DNA of 64,000 bases from Candidatus Latescibacterota bacterium (GTDB taxonomy: Bacteria; Latescibacterota; UBA2968; GCA-2709665): assembly GCA_965208835.1 (NCBI GenBank), contig OZ242358.1, positions 3,328,001 through 3,392,000 on the forward strand. Reading direction: 5' to 3'. Below the pieces are notes generated by a model that saw only the letters and a program-made list of their open reading frames with translations, was not told where the DNA came from and did no database searches. Every line of letters starts with the position of its first letter. The first letter of the stretch is position 1. A program made the translations under genes and the position numbers. Shown piece after piece: positions 41,002 through 51,068 of this stretch.

Positions 41002-41580
41002 TCAGTCTTGTTCACCCGTGTGAGCCAAGTACTGCAGCGCCAATGAAACGGCCGCAGCCCAGGACAAGACCTTGAACTCCCCAGTCCTGAGCGCATCCTC
41101 CAGCTCTTCACGAGCAAGATGCAGAAGCTCCTGGTCCTCGATGTCATCACTCGAAGGTTCTGCTACCGGTACAGCATCGCGGGCCAGGAATAAATACCGA
41201 ATACCGACGCCGCGATTGGGATCGACTTTGTAGCTGCCGAGGTCAATCCATTCGGTCGATTGAAATCCGGTCTCCTCCAGCAGTTCACGCTTGGCGGCGT
41301 CTAGAGGATCTTCCCCAGGTTCGATCATTCCTCCTACCGGAGCCAGGGATGTTCCCTCCACTGCATACTTCGTCTGACGAAAACAGAGGAACCTGCCATC
41401 GCAAGTGATGGCGAGGACAATCGCAGCGTCAGGACCAACAATCCATGGCCAGTCAGAGATAACCTGCCCATCCGGCCATTCCACTGTATGACTCTCAACG
41501 GTCAGGTACGGACCCTGATCTATGATCGTGCGACGGGAGAGGGTCTTGAACGGCCGCAGCTCCATACCTTCGGGTTCCAT
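41002..41580 (-). CDS. NUDIX hydrolase (ADP-ribose pyrophosphatase-like)
   Basis: Nudix box GMIEPGEDPLDAAKRELLEETG. Confidence 0.93.
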   Translation of the reverse strand: MEPEGMELRPFKTLSRRTIIDQGPYLTVESHTVEWPDGQVISDWPWIVGPDAAIVLAITCDGRFLCFRQTKYAVEGTSLAPVGGMIEPGEDPLDAAKRELLEETGFQSTEWIDLGSYKVDPNRGVGIRYLFLARDAVPVAEPSSDDIEDQELLHLAREELEDALRTGEFKVLSWAAAVSLALQYLAHTGEQD

Positions 41581-41641
41581 CTGTCCTCCGACGTTTACGC
41601 CCTGTTTCGGGAGGTTTTATTACGACGCCCGGTTGCCGTTT

Positions 41642-42091
41642 TTATCGTATTGGGGCTATCTCTTTGAACAGGAAAAGCTCCCCCCGGTCGTCCTCAAACG
41701 GGAAACCTGCCAGAAACCCGCACTCGGAAAACCCCATGTGTCTATGCCATGTCTGCGGCTCGTATTCATCTACAACGCACGAACTCAACAGGATCCTGTG
41801 GCCTCGGCGCCGCAGATCGGCTTCTACGAACGCCAACATAGCCTTCCCAACACCCTTTCGCTGGTGCTCACACAATACTTTTATCAGGCTGATGAATGCG
41901 GTGCCGCCATCATGTCCTGGCCACAAAAAGCACAGGTGAAGCATTCCCACGAGTTCACCCTGCAACTCCGCGACGATCACTTCGTTCATGCCGGAGATCT
42001 GCTCGGCAAATCGATTCGAGTCCAATGTGGCAGTCTTTACACACCACTCGACGTCTGCCTTGCCAGCAAGTCTCACCAGTATGTCTGTCAT
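41642..42091 (-). CDS. GNAT acetyltransferase
   Basis: HQRKGVGKAML, WHRHMGF. Confidence 0.85.
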   Translation of the reverse strand: MTDILVRLAGKADVEWCVKTATLDSNRFAEQISGMNEVIVAELQGELVGMLHLCFLWPGHDGGTAFISLIKVLCEHQRKGVGKAMLAFVEADLRRRGHRILLSSCVVDEYEPQTWHRHMGFSECGFLAGFPFEDDRGELFLFKEIAPIR

Positions 42092-42119
42092 GGTCCACCG
42101 TATATCGCAGGACAATTAA

Positions 42120-42307
42120 CCTCAATGGGAAAAACAGCAACGCGGCTACGCGACAAAACCCTCCGAACCGGGGCGTTATCGACGTATAGAAGGACGTTTT
42201 TTCCTACACGTCGAGTGACCTGGTGTATCCTGGTAATCCGCCTTCTAATCGCCTTTATAAACTGGCACATATTCGAATTAACGTCCGCGAAAAATGACGA
42301 ATCAAGG
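42120..42307. mobile_element. MITE-A copy 2
   Basis: CCTCAAT...GAATCAAGG, flanked by TTAA and TCAA. Confidence 0.85.
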
Positions 42308-42324
42308 TCAAATCTCTGCCTGGT

Positions 42325-44460
42325 TCAGTCTCCCGCGTCCGCCCACTGGTACACGTGGACCTCCAGCGGCAGGAACAGATCGATGAACTCTCGGGACTCG
42401 CTCTGCGCCATGCGATCCTCGAACAGCACCCTGGGCTGAACTGGTCGGTCGAACCGCCACGTGCCCAGGACCAGGGCCGGTTCCACGTTGACGGCGATCA
42501 GGGTGTGGACGCCGTCGTGCAGCCGCTCGATGAAGTGAATGGCGTCTCCCTCCTGCTCGAGCCGCACGCCTTGTACCTGGGTGCCCGCCGCCAGTATGGG
42601 GGCCAGATGTCGCACCTCGCTGGCGACCTTGAGCACCTCGGTCCATTGCCGCGGATAGATGGCCACGTCGTCGGTGTACTCCGTGCCGGGAATCTCGCCC
42701 CCGGGCGCGTAGAACAGCAGCCCTTTGACACCCCTCGTCAGGGCGAGGTAGTTCATGGACCGAATCTCCTCGCGACTGGGCCGGAAACCCCCTTCGAGGG
42801 TAACGACCTCGCCGCGCTTGCTGTCGAGACGATAGTCGAAGGCCTGGGAGATGAACCAAACATGCTTGCCCTTGCCCTCCACCCGCGCAGCCTCGAAGGC
42901 ATCGTCGAGGACCAACTCGTAGATCGAGGTGATCGAGTCGTCGGGCAGCAGCGGGTTCAGAATTGGGTAGCCGTAAACGAAGTAAGCGTCGCTGAGTCTC
43001 CCACCCCATGTGAGCATGAAGATGACCGGGTGGTCCGTGTCGTGCTGCCGGATGAGCTCGTAGGTCTCGGTCGCCAGGGGAGACTGGTTGTCGCTGGCGT
43101 ACTCGTTCCACCACCCCAGCATGGCCGGGTGGTCCTTCGCCTGCTGCACCACCTCCGTGAGTTGCCCGGGCTCGCCTCTGCCCAGGGCCAGCGAGGCGTA
43201 GTACACGTGCACCAGCCCCTTCATCCCGAGATCCAGCAGATCGTCCAGCATCTCCCCGGCGCCTTCGCCGATCAGCTTGTAGTTGATCCCGGCCTCGGCC
43301 GCCTGGGCGATATAGGGCATCCTGCTCGTGGGTGAGACGTTCGACGAGTAGATTCCCACCGGAAAAAAGGGCTCGCCGTTGACGCGAAACACGTCCCCGT
43401 CGAAACGCGACTCCAATGAAACCGGCTCGTTGACGCCGAAGCGCCAGCGCAGTCGATTGCCGGCGTTGCCGGCGCGGTCGTTGACGACCACCTCCACCTG
43501 GTGGATGCCGTCCTCCAGGGCTCCGATCTCCGAGAAGGTGAATCCGCCCTCCGCTACGGCGGCGCCGGCGGTGACGTCCTCGCCGTCCAGCAGGACCCGC
43601 ACGGAGGCGACGTCGATGCCCGAGCCCTCGTCATCGAAGACAGCCGATATAACCGGCGAACCGTCGACCCTCGTGTCCGGCGCGGGGCTGGGGAGCACGA
43701 GCGCCGGCGGCCTGGTGTCCCTCTCCACCACCGGCGTGGTCTGCGCCATCAGGCGATCCCGCATCGATATCCTCAGGTCCTTTTCCGCCACGTATTGAGT
43801 GACGATCTCCCGGTCTGACAGGGCGCGGTTGTACACCCGGACGTCGTCGATCTGACCCGTGAAGTGGCCGCCCAGGCCGGAGCCGTAGAAGCTGGCGCCG
43901 ATGTACATCGGCGCCTCCAGGGTGCCGGTCGCGAAGGGCTCACCGTACCGCCCTCTCAGGCCGCCGTTCACGTAAACCCTGATCCCGTCGCCGTCGTACC
44001 TGCCGGCCAGGTGAAACCAGCTGTCCTGCCGGACGCCTCCGCCGGCGGCGCTCTTGCCGTGCTCGGGACACTCCACCAGGGAGAACCGGACCGCGTTCTG
44101 GCCGAGGCTGAGCCGGTAGTTCTGGCGCAGCGTACTGCAGCCGTTCTTCGACAGTACGGTCTGCCCGGATCTGACGGACGTGTTCACCCAGCAGGTCACC
44201 GTGACCGCATCGGAGAGTCTCAGCATCTCCGAGTCCGGGATCTCCACGTAGTCATCCACCCCGTCGAAGCGGAGGGCGTAGCCCTGATCCAGTTCCACGT
44301 ACTCGGCCCCGTGAATGGCGCCCTGGAGGCCGTGGCCCGAGGCATCGCCGGCCACGGAGCCGGCCCCCTCATCGAACATGTAGTGCGCCACGAGGCCCTC
44401 CTCCGCCGCCGCGGCGCCGACGGCGAGGGAGAGGAGGATCAGCCCTATCTTCGTTCCCAT
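42325..44460 (-). CDS. Secreted LamG-domain protein with Ig-like and glycoside-hydrolase-like regions
   Basis: Signal peptide, FDGVDDYV...GQIDDVRVYNRAL, VNGEPFFPVGIY, HPAMLGWWNE. Confidence 0.82.
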   Translation of the reverse strand: MGTKIGLILLSLAVGAAAAEEGLVAHYMFDEGAGSVAGDASGHGLQGAIHGAEYVELDQGYALRFDGVDDYVEIPDSEMLRLSDAVTVTCWVNTSVRSGQTVLSKNGCSTLRQNYRLSLGQNAVRFSLVECPEHGKSAAGGGVRQDSWFHLAGRYDGDGIRVYVNGGLRGRYGEPFATGTLEAPMYIGASFYGSGLGGHFTGQIDDVRVYNRALSDREIVTQYVAEKDLRISMRDRLMAQTTPVVERDTRPPALVLPSPAPDTRVDGSPVISAVFDDEGSGIDVASVRVLLDGEDVTAGAAVAEGGFTFSEIGALEDGIHQVEVVVNDRAGNAGNRLRWRFGVNEPVSLESRFDGDVFRVNGEPFFPVGIYSSNVSPTSRMPYIAQAAEAGINYKLIGEGAGEMLDDLLDLGMKGLVHVYYASLALGRGEPGQLTEVVQQAKDHPAMLGWWNEYASDNQSPLATETYELIRQHDTDHPVIFMLTWGGRLSDAYFVYGYPILNPLLPDDSITSIYELVLDDAFEAARVEGKGKHVWFISQAFDYRLDSKRGEVVTLEGGFRPSREEIRSMNYLALTRGVKGLLFYAPGGEIPGTEYTDDVAIYPRQWTEVLKVASEVRHLAPILAAGTQVQGVRLEQEGDAIHFIERLHDGVHTLIAVNVEPALVLGTWRFDRPVQPRVLFEDRMAQSESREFIDLFLPLEVHVYQWADAGD

Positions 44461-44687
44461 ATTGACACTCGTATCTCCGAAAGGTCTGACTTGCGTTCCG
44501 CAGAACGTCCGGGCTGTTTCTGCTCCGTCCAACGCAGCGGGGCTTACGTCGCACGACGTAAGCCCCGTTCGTTTCACCTCCTCGATGAGGTCCAACCCAC
44601 GCCACCTTCACCGGCCTTACCCCTTCCGGCACGCCATCACCCGGAAGGTCGAGGAGAAGGGCAGTGTCGACCTGCGCCCGTTTCGGT

Positions 44688-45740
44688 CTATAGCAGATGG
44701 TCCAGAATGAGATTGGTCGATTCAACGATGCGTTGATCGCGAGGCCGCAGATCCGGCTCGAATGCCTCGCTCGTTAGATGCTGCAGACCCTGAATGTAGC
44801 GGACAGCGATTTCTCCCGCCTGCTCTTCCGTGAACTGCTGGTCCTTCTCCGTAACCATTCCTCGCGCGAATTCCTTCGAAAACGAAACCGGTTTGCCATT
44901 CCGCGTCAGCGGCTGTCCGCCGCCGTCCATACGCCAGAAGCGGCTCGAGTCCATCGTGTACAATTCGTCTGCCGCCACGATCCGACCTTCTGTGTTGACC
45001 CCGTGTTCCGTCTTCGTGTCCACGAGGATCATTCCGCGCTCGGCGAGATACTGGGAGACCATCCCGAAAGCCATGATGGATGCGTTGCGGAGCTCGTTGT
45101 ATTGGCCGGGCGTGCAGACATTGTTGTCAAAGAGATACTGTGGATCGATCGTACGATCCACCTTGTCCTTGGTGCTCGGCGTATCCATCAGGTATGGCAG
45201 CACGCCATTGGCGGACAACTGATCCACGTCGATCTGATGGCCCGCATAGTCGAGCGTCGCCTCACCCGCCTCCCTGGCCTGCAGCCAGTGTTGAAAGAGG
45301 GACGTCGAGGTGCTGCTCTCGGCGTTATACATCCGAAGGACGTTCTCCACCATGATCAGCTTCAGATTCTCTGACGGAATCACCGTCGAACTGGCCTGAA
45401 GACCAGGCACCTTGAACTGAGAACTGCCCAATACGTGTTCCACCAGACGCAACATGTGGTCATGATTGGCAGCCAGCACCTGATCTTTGAACGGGATGGC
45501 CCCGCGATTCACATCGTGCGTCGATATCCGGTTGTTCCGGAACATCAGCCGGATCGGCTGGCCTTCGTTGGTCGCGAGGTTCTCGCCAAACACCGAGTCC
45601 GATACCTTCCCCTCCAGGATGGTGCAGCCATCGAGTCGCGGAAGATCACCATCGGCGATAATCTGCTTGATCGGACGCCCCTCATTGACGCGTGCCCCGC
45701 TGTCGGCCACCAGTTCTCTGATCTGGGATTCATTTAGCAT
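44688..45740 (-). CDS. purC: SAICAR synthetase (divergent)
   Basis: GKV.D, RISTHD, IPFK.QVL, TPSTK, ILVDTK.E.G, DE..T.DSSRFW. Confidence 0.85.
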   Translation of the reverse strand: MLNESQIRELVADSGARVNEGRPIKQIIADGDLPRLDGCTILEGKVSDSVFGENLATNEGQPIRLMFRNNRISTHDVNRGAIPFKDQVLAANHDHMLRLVEHVLGSSQFKVPGLQASSTVIPSENLKLIMVENVLRMYNAESSTSTSLFQHWLQAREAGEATLDYAGHQIDVDQLSANGVLPYLMDTPSTKDKVDRTIDPQYLFDNNVCTPGQYNELRNASIMAFGMVSQYLAERGMILVDTKTEHGVNTEGRIVAADELYTMDSSRFWRMDGGGQPLTRNGKPVSFSKEFARGMVTEKDQQFTEEQAGEIAVRYIQGLQHLTSEAFEPDLRPRDQRIVESTNLILDHLL

Positions 45741-45969
45741 GGGTATGGTCCTGTTCAGGTGAAGGCCTCTGGGGGGAAACACTCAAGGGAACAGCGATCG
45801 TCGTAGAGGCTGGCTTTCGGAAGTGGATCGTCGTCAGGTCGGGGATACCATGTGGGGGGAGTACATGGGCGTAGCAAAAACCAGTCGGCTTGTTACTGTG
45901 TTTAAGATACATTGTGTGTCCGCTCAGAGCAAGGAAAACCGGCTCGGATCCTCCCGGATATACATTGAT

Positions 45970-46929
45970 CTACCCCGCAAACTCAGTCCTCAACAGCGGT
46001 TGAACACGATACCTCCATTGGCTCTCAATCAAGGAATGGTCTGGTGATTTTGCGGCTGCTTCCAGGATATTCGCAGCTGCTCGACTGGCCATGAGGGTAG
46101 GTATGTACGCTTCCAAGTCCCTGCTGAGTGAACGAACTTCACGATACCCGTTCAAAAACGCATCAGACCTCTCCTGGAAATCGGGACGACCGTAGGGGCC
46201 GGCCAGGATAACAGCGATGTCATACAGATAGTAGCCGAATCCGCAGTCGCCGAAATCAATCGCGATGGCGTGATCCGGTCGAAAGAGGACATTTCCGAAA
46301 CTGAGGTCTGCGTGAATGAGGCCGAACGTCTCTGTGTCGTCGCCCATCTGGTGTTCCGCTTCTGTTAGCCGACCATAGACCGTTTCCAGATCGCGGCGAA
46401 CAGGAGCCGGTCCAATCTCATCTAAAGGAAACTTCGAACGGGATCCGATAAGTCCCTCAGCGTCATACGTGGGTCGATCAAAACCCGTGGGTAGGGACCA
46501 AGCTTCAGAGTGATTGTGCAACTCACCCGCAACGCGGCCAAGCAATTCGAAGTGCCGAGGCGATCGGTGGTCCTGATCCAGGATGCGTCCGCTGAGCCAG
46601 GAAGTAACGGATACCGGGAATGGTCCGGGTACGCCTGGAACATCTGTCACGATAACTCTTTTGCCGTCAGGCGATTTATAGGGCCGTGGAACGGAGAGCG
46701 TGGTATCGTGGCAGAGAGCCTCCAGCCAATCCAATTCCGATTCAATTATCCGGGGCGCCTTCTTGTCACGGTGAATCCGCACTCGATACTCGCCTGAATC
46801 GCAGGTCCACTTCAACTTGCGACAACGGCATTTTCCGAAACCCAGTTCGCGGAGCGCGGCTTCTTCCACCTTGCGTAACCGGCGGATTCGTCCCTGGTGA
46901 GTTAGCTCGTCGAAGCTCCGTATGGCCAT
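45970..46929 (-). CDS. APH/homoserine kinase II-like phosphotransferase
   Basis: SELDWL, IHADLSFGN, IDFGDCGFG. Confidence 0.9.
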   Translation of the reverse strand: MAIRSFDELTHQGRIRRLRKVEEAALRELGFGKCRCRKLKWTCDSGEYRVRIHRDKKAPRIIESELDWLEALCHDTTLSVPRPYKSPDGKRVIVTDVPGVPGPFPVSVTSWLSGRILDQDHRSPRHFELLGRVAGELHNHSEAWSLPTGFDRPTYDAEGLIGSRSKFPLDEIGPAPVRRDLETVYGRLTEAEHQMGDDTETFGLIHADLSFGNVLFRPDHAIAIDFGDCGFGYYLYDIAVILAGPYGRPDFQERSDAFLNGYREVRSLSRDLEAYIPTLMASRAAANILEAAAKSPDHSLIESQWRYRVQPLLRTEFAG

Positions 46930-46955
46930 TCCGACCTCCACAAATGCACCGTCAA

Positions 46956-47075
46956 CATCCGTTGAAGACAGACCGCAAGGGACAACACGCTATCGCCATC
47001 AACGAACAATGGCGCATCTGTTTTCGGTTTGTCGACGGGGACGCTTACGACGTTGAAATCACGGACTATCACTGA
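46956..47075 (+). pseudogene. higB: higB (RelE-like toxin), C-terminal half only
   Basis: HPLKTDRKGQHAIAINEQWRICFRF..GDAYDVEITDYH; N-terminus missing. Confidence 0.85.
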
Positions 47076-47087
47076 AAGGAACATTCC

Positions 47088-47402
47088 ATGGCCATCACAA
47101 ATACACAAGAACGCGCCATCCCGCCGACTCATCCAGGTGAGATGCTGCGTGAGGATTTCCTGCCGGAATATGCGCAAACAGTGACGTCCCTGGCGGCGGC
47201 ATTGGGTGTATCCCGTCAGACGATAAATGAGCTTCTGCGGGAGCGGCGCGCCATCTCACCCATCATGGCATTGAAACTTGCCCGCTTGTTCGGGAACTCT
47301 CCAGAATTTTGGATGAGGGCCCAACACAAAAGAGATCTTTGGGAATCAGAGCAGCGACATCAAGGCGAACTGGCGAATATCGCACCGCTCGCGATTACGT
47401 AG
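47088..47402 (+). CDS. higA: HigA antitoxin (HTH)
   Basis: PTHPGEMLREDFL, LGVSRQTIN, GNSPEFW. Confidence 0.93.
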   Translation: MAITNTQERAIPPTHPGEMLREDFLPEYAQTVTSLAAALGVSRQTINELLRERRAISPIMALKLARLFGNSPEFWMRAQHKRDLWESEQRHQGELANIAPLAIT

Positions 47403-47494
47403 ACGACGTTTCCCTGCGCAAAACCCTTCCCCCTTTTTCTCGTAACGTCTTCCGCGCCCCCGAACCGCGCTACGGTTGGGCAAGGAGCCGAATG

Positions 47495-47644
47495 GCCGGA
47501 TCCGCAGCCCGACGTGTTATTTGATTTGCCAGCCGGGGTGGTGTGGGGTTCTCAGCGCCCGGCATCAGACCGTGGTCTTAACAAGCACACCTGGGTAGCT
47601 CGAGTCCCAGGAATTCGAAGATCTCCCTGGCGGCAGCACGATTC
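47495..47644 (-). pseudogene. 3' stump of a second sulfotransferase copy with its attC half-site
   Basis: Matches 38081-38179 joined to ~38323-38377 (internal deletion). Confidence 0.85.
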
Positions 47645-47661
47645 ATCCCAGATTGTGTCTT

Positions 47662-49950
47662 TTATTGAGTCGCTCCGTGGGCAAGTAGCAGAGCGCGGAT
47701 CTTCTCCGCCTCTGCTCTGGTCCACCCGTCTTCCCTGAACCACCCACTCATCTTCAGGGGGGTGTAGCCGTATTGCGCCTTTAAATTGACCTTGGCCCTT
47801 CGGGCGACCAGCATTTCAACGGCGTTCACCGACTGTCTGCCGACCGCTTCATGCAAGGCGGTCCAACCATCGGGTCGCTGTGCGTCGACGTTGGCCCCTC
47901 GATCCAGCAACAATTCCAAGACCGCCACCTGGTCATTTGCGGCCGCGGCGATGAGCGGCTCAGCGCTCTGGAGGAGCACGGGATCCGCGGCCAGGAGCAC
48001 CTCGACTTGCTCCACGCGTCCCAAGGCCGCTGCCGCGACTACAGTCCAAGGCGCGCCGCCCTCGACCAGGGCATCGGCGACGGCGTGCTGGCCGTTGTAG
48101 GCAACTTGACGCAACAGATCTACTTGGGTGAGTTCTTGATCCATCAGCGCTGGTTCCTCCTGCAGCAACTGGCGCACCGTGTCAGCGTCGCCGTCGATGA
48201 CCGCATTGATGAAGTCAGCCCGATAGCGGAGAATCCGGGCGCGCTCGGCCGCAGGCCGGTGCTGAAGGTCGATAAACTCCTGGATCAGCCGGGCGGTACC
48301 AGGATGCTTGCGCCGGGCTCGAGAGAGAGGCGTTGTTTCCTTTGCATCCGGACTCCCCAATTTGCAGGCCGCTTCTACATCGGCCCCATGCGTGGCGAGG
48401 AGCTCTACGATGAGGGATAGGCCTTTCTCCGCGGCGTGCGCCAGGGCCTTGCGGCTGCCCCGCGTGTGCATGGCGGCGCCTCGATCCATCAGCAGCTTGG
48501 TTGCGACTAGATCGCCCTGATTGGCAGGCCAGCCCAGCGCGAACCATGGGTTGTCCGGGTTGTTCTCAGAGGGGCTGTCCTGGTTGGGATCAGCGCCGGC
48601 ATCCAGTAGTATGGTAGCCGCAGATAGGGTGCCAAAGCGAAGGGCATGGGTGAGTGGATACGCCCACGCGGTATCCTTGGGGTCCGGGTCGGCGCCGGCG
48701 TCGAGCAGGCACCGCACCAATTCATCGTTGTGCGACCGAATGGCCAGCAAGAGTGGACTACTGTCACAGTATTCATCGGGTCGCCGAATCTCCAGCTCTA
48801 CCTGCTGCTCAAGCAGCAACTCAATGATGGGGATCGAGCCCGAGCGCACTGCCCACATTATGGGGGCCGGTCCCTTGCCTACCGGATGGGCGAGTGTCGG
48901 ATCGTCGCGCAGCAAGGCGGCGACCTGCGCTTCGTCCCTATTCGCAATGGCGCCGAAGATATCGTTGGGCACGCCGCACTGGAGCAGTTCCTGCACAGCT
49001 TTTTCGTTGTCGGCTTCTCGGGCGGCCATCAGGGCCGTGTAGCCGCGCCCGTCCTTGGCTTGCACATCGGCGCCCCGGCGCAACAGCAGCTTGAAGATCC
49101 CCTGCTTGCCGGCGGCTAAGTGCAACGGCCAATCTCCGCTGGGCAACGGTTGGTTGACCCTAGCCGGGTCCGCATCGAGTAACGCGCGGGTTTCTTTCAG
49201 CATCCCCACTTTGATGGTATGCTCCAGGCCATAGGCGGCACCGGCCTCGATCAATGCCGCAACGATGTTTCGGTGACCGTGCTCGGCGGCCTCATCGATG
49301 GGCCGACGCTGATCTATGGCATTCTCCTGGTCGGGATTGGCCCCGACGTCCAGGAGCAGTCGGATCATCTCTAGCTGCCCCAGCCAGGCGGCCTTTTCCA
49401 AGGCCGAACTCCCGGCACTGTCGCCGATCCCGCCGTTGGCGTCGATATCAGCGCCGGCCTCGACCAGCCGACGAACAACCTGCAGGTGGTCCGGTGTCGG
49501 CCGCCCTACGGGAATGGCGTGATGCAGCAAGTTATCGGTCTCGGGGCCGTCGCCCTTGACGCGGACGTGGGCCAAGCCTGGGTTCTTTTGCAAGAGGGCG
49601 TCTACGGTCTCGGCGTCACCGGCTTTGACGGCCCTGCAGAGGGTTTCAACTTCCTCAGAATTTCCCACCTCTTCAGTCGGACTGCCCGCTTGTGCCAACG
49701 CTTCGACGTGGCGTTTGAGGTCCGTCCATTCCTCGAAGCCATAGTCATGGGCAATGGCGCGTCGAGTATCCTTGAGGGCAAGTTTGGCCTGGAAGATTTC
49801 GTGATCCGACAAACCAGCCAGCTCGGGAAGCGCCCGTCGGAGCCGATTGGCCGCCTCAGAATCTCTGGCCTGGTGGGCATTGAGCAACGCCTTGGCCTGG
49901 TTTCTGAGGTGCTTGAAGTTGGGATTGGGGGATAAAGCAGAGGTAGACAT
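47662..49950 (-). CDS. Large ankyrin-repeat protein with an LxxxPxxxHLRxQAK N-terminal domain
   Basis: More than 12 ankyrin repeats (GYTALMAA, GWTALHEA and others). Confidence 0.93.
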   Translation of the reverse strand: MSTSALSPNPNFKHLRNQAKALLNAHQARDSEAANRLRRALPELAGLSDHEIFQAKLALKDTRRAIAHDYGFEEWTDLKRHVEALAQAGSPTEEVGNSEEVETLCRAVKAGDAETVDALLQKNPGLAHVRVKGDGPETDNLLHHAIPVGRPTPDHLQVVRRLVEAGADIDANGGIGDSAGSSALEKAAWLGQLEMIRLLLDVGANPDQENAIDQRRPIDEAAEHGHRNIVAALIEAGAAYGLEHTIKVGMLKETRALLDADPARVNQPLPSGDWPLHLAAGKQGIFKLLLRRGADVQAKDGRGYTALMAAREADNEKAVQELLQCGVPNDIFGAIANRDEAQVAALLRDDPTLAHPVGKGPAPIMWAVRSGSIPIIELLLEQQVELEIRRPDEYCDSSPLLLAIRSHNDELVRCLLDAGADPDPKDTAWAYPLTHALRFGTLSAATILLDAGADPNQDSPSENNPDNPWFALGWPANQGDLVATKLLMDRGAAMHTRGSRKALAHAAEKGLSLIVELLATHGADVEAACKLGSPDAKETTPLSRARRKHPGTARLIQEFIDLQHRPAAERARILRYRADFINAVIDGDADTVRQLLQEEPALMDQELTQVDLLRQVAYNGQHAVADALVEGGAPWTVVAAAALGRVEQVEVLLAADPVLLQSAEPLIAAAANDQVAVLELLLDRGANVDAQRPDGWTALHEAVGRQSVNAVEMLVARRAKVNLKAQYGYTPLKMSGWFREDGWTRAEAEKIRALLLAHGATQ

Positions 49951-49972
49951 AAGACACTCTTTCGTAGGGCCT

Positions 49973-50063
49973 GAGGTCCGCGTGCATCATGCAGTAAGAG
50001 TGATGGGCCTGCTTGGGCAGTTCGCTGTGCAACAGAGGCAACCTAAGGTCTTCTCGCGGACTC
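49973..50063 (-). promoter_or_regulatory. Candidate structured 5' leader RNA
   Basis: Closing stem GAGUCCGCG/CGCGGAC(C)UC enclosing small hairpins, ending 22 nt before the ATG. Confidence 0.45.
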
Positions 50064-50075
50064 GGGGGCTCCCTC

Positions 50076-50119
50076 AGTGCATCCACTTCCTGGGTACTCT
50101 GAATCCGCTTCATCACCAA
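50076..50119 (-). pseudogene. 5' stump of the second sulfotransferase copy
   Basis: MKRIQSTQEVDAL vs KKRIQSTQEIDAL; 50076-50208 matches 38953-39085. Confidence 0.85.
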
Positions 50120-50148
50120 CTACGCCGTTCAACTGAGAAGGATGCCAG

Positions 50149-50898
50149 ATGTCCGAGGAAGATCAGAGGAGTCAAGTAGAAGCCCGATGGGAACAAATCG
50201 GCAAGGAAGTCTCAAGAGCACCTGGGTACACAAATGAGATGGAAGACCTGCACGATTTCTTCGACATGGCTGCTGATATATGGGACGAGAAATTCGGACC
50301 CGGTTCAGCCCAAGTCTATGTCGAAATGGCTGGTCAGATTTCCCCCACGGAAGGGCAAATTCGAATCCTTGATCTCGGGTGTGGGACTGGCTTGGAGCTG
50401 GACCAGGTATTCCTGAGAGCACCAGACGCAAGCATCACCGGCATCGATCTTGCCGCCGGGATGCTTAATCGCCTTAGAGAGAAATATCGCTCAAGGGCCG
50501 ATCAGATCCAGCTAATCGAAGGGAACTACCTTGATGTTCCATTCGGAGAAGGCGAATACGACTACGCAATATCGAGTCTCACGACACATCACCTGCCGCC
50601 GGAAAACAAGGTCATTGTGTATCGTAAGATATTCAAAGCCTTGAAGCCGTGTGGATCCTATATCGAGGGCGATCAAACAACCTCGCAAGAAGGTGAGCGA
50701 GATGGCCTTGGTCGATTCCGACGTGAGGTTGCCAGACTTCCAGAGGCTGATCGTGCTCGATGGAACTATGACATCACACTTAGCCCAGACACCAACATGC
50801 GCTTGCTCAGGGAAGCCGGTTTCAAAGTGGTGAACCTGATACGAGACGATAAACCTGGTAGGTGTGCAGTGATCGCGGCCAGGAAGACAGCCGACTGA
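50149..50898 (+). CDS. Class I SAM methyltransferase
   Basis: ILDLGCGTGLE, GIDLAAGML, LKPCG.YIEGD. Confidence 0.92.
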   Translation: MSEEDQRSQVEARWEQIGKEVSRAPGYTNEMEDLHDFFDMAADIWDEKFGPGSAQVYVEMAGQISPTEGQIRILDLGCGTGLELDQVFLRAPDASITGIDLAAGMLNRLREKYRSRADQIQLIEGNYLDVPFGEGEYDYAISSLTTHHLPPENKVIVYRKIFKALKPCGSYIEGDQTTSQEGERDGLGRFRREVARLPEADRARWNYDITLSPDTNMRLLREAGFKVVNLIRDDKPGRCAVIAARKTAD

Positions 50899-51068
50899 AG
50901 TGAATTGCCTCCAATGATCGCTCAGGGCTCTTTGGGCCGAGCGTAGCGAGCCGGGGGCCATGTGTTACACGATTGCGGCGGCGCCCCCTTCACGGCGAAG
51001 CCTTTAGCGGAGCGGAAGGACAGTGTACGCCATCGATAATCGATTTCTCCCCCTTCTTACGTTTCAGC

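Noticed and set aside
38081-50208. Duplicated gene segments as DGR template/variable repeats
   Set aside because: Mismatches are not adenine-specific, many are 5' ends, and no reverse transcriptase is in the window.
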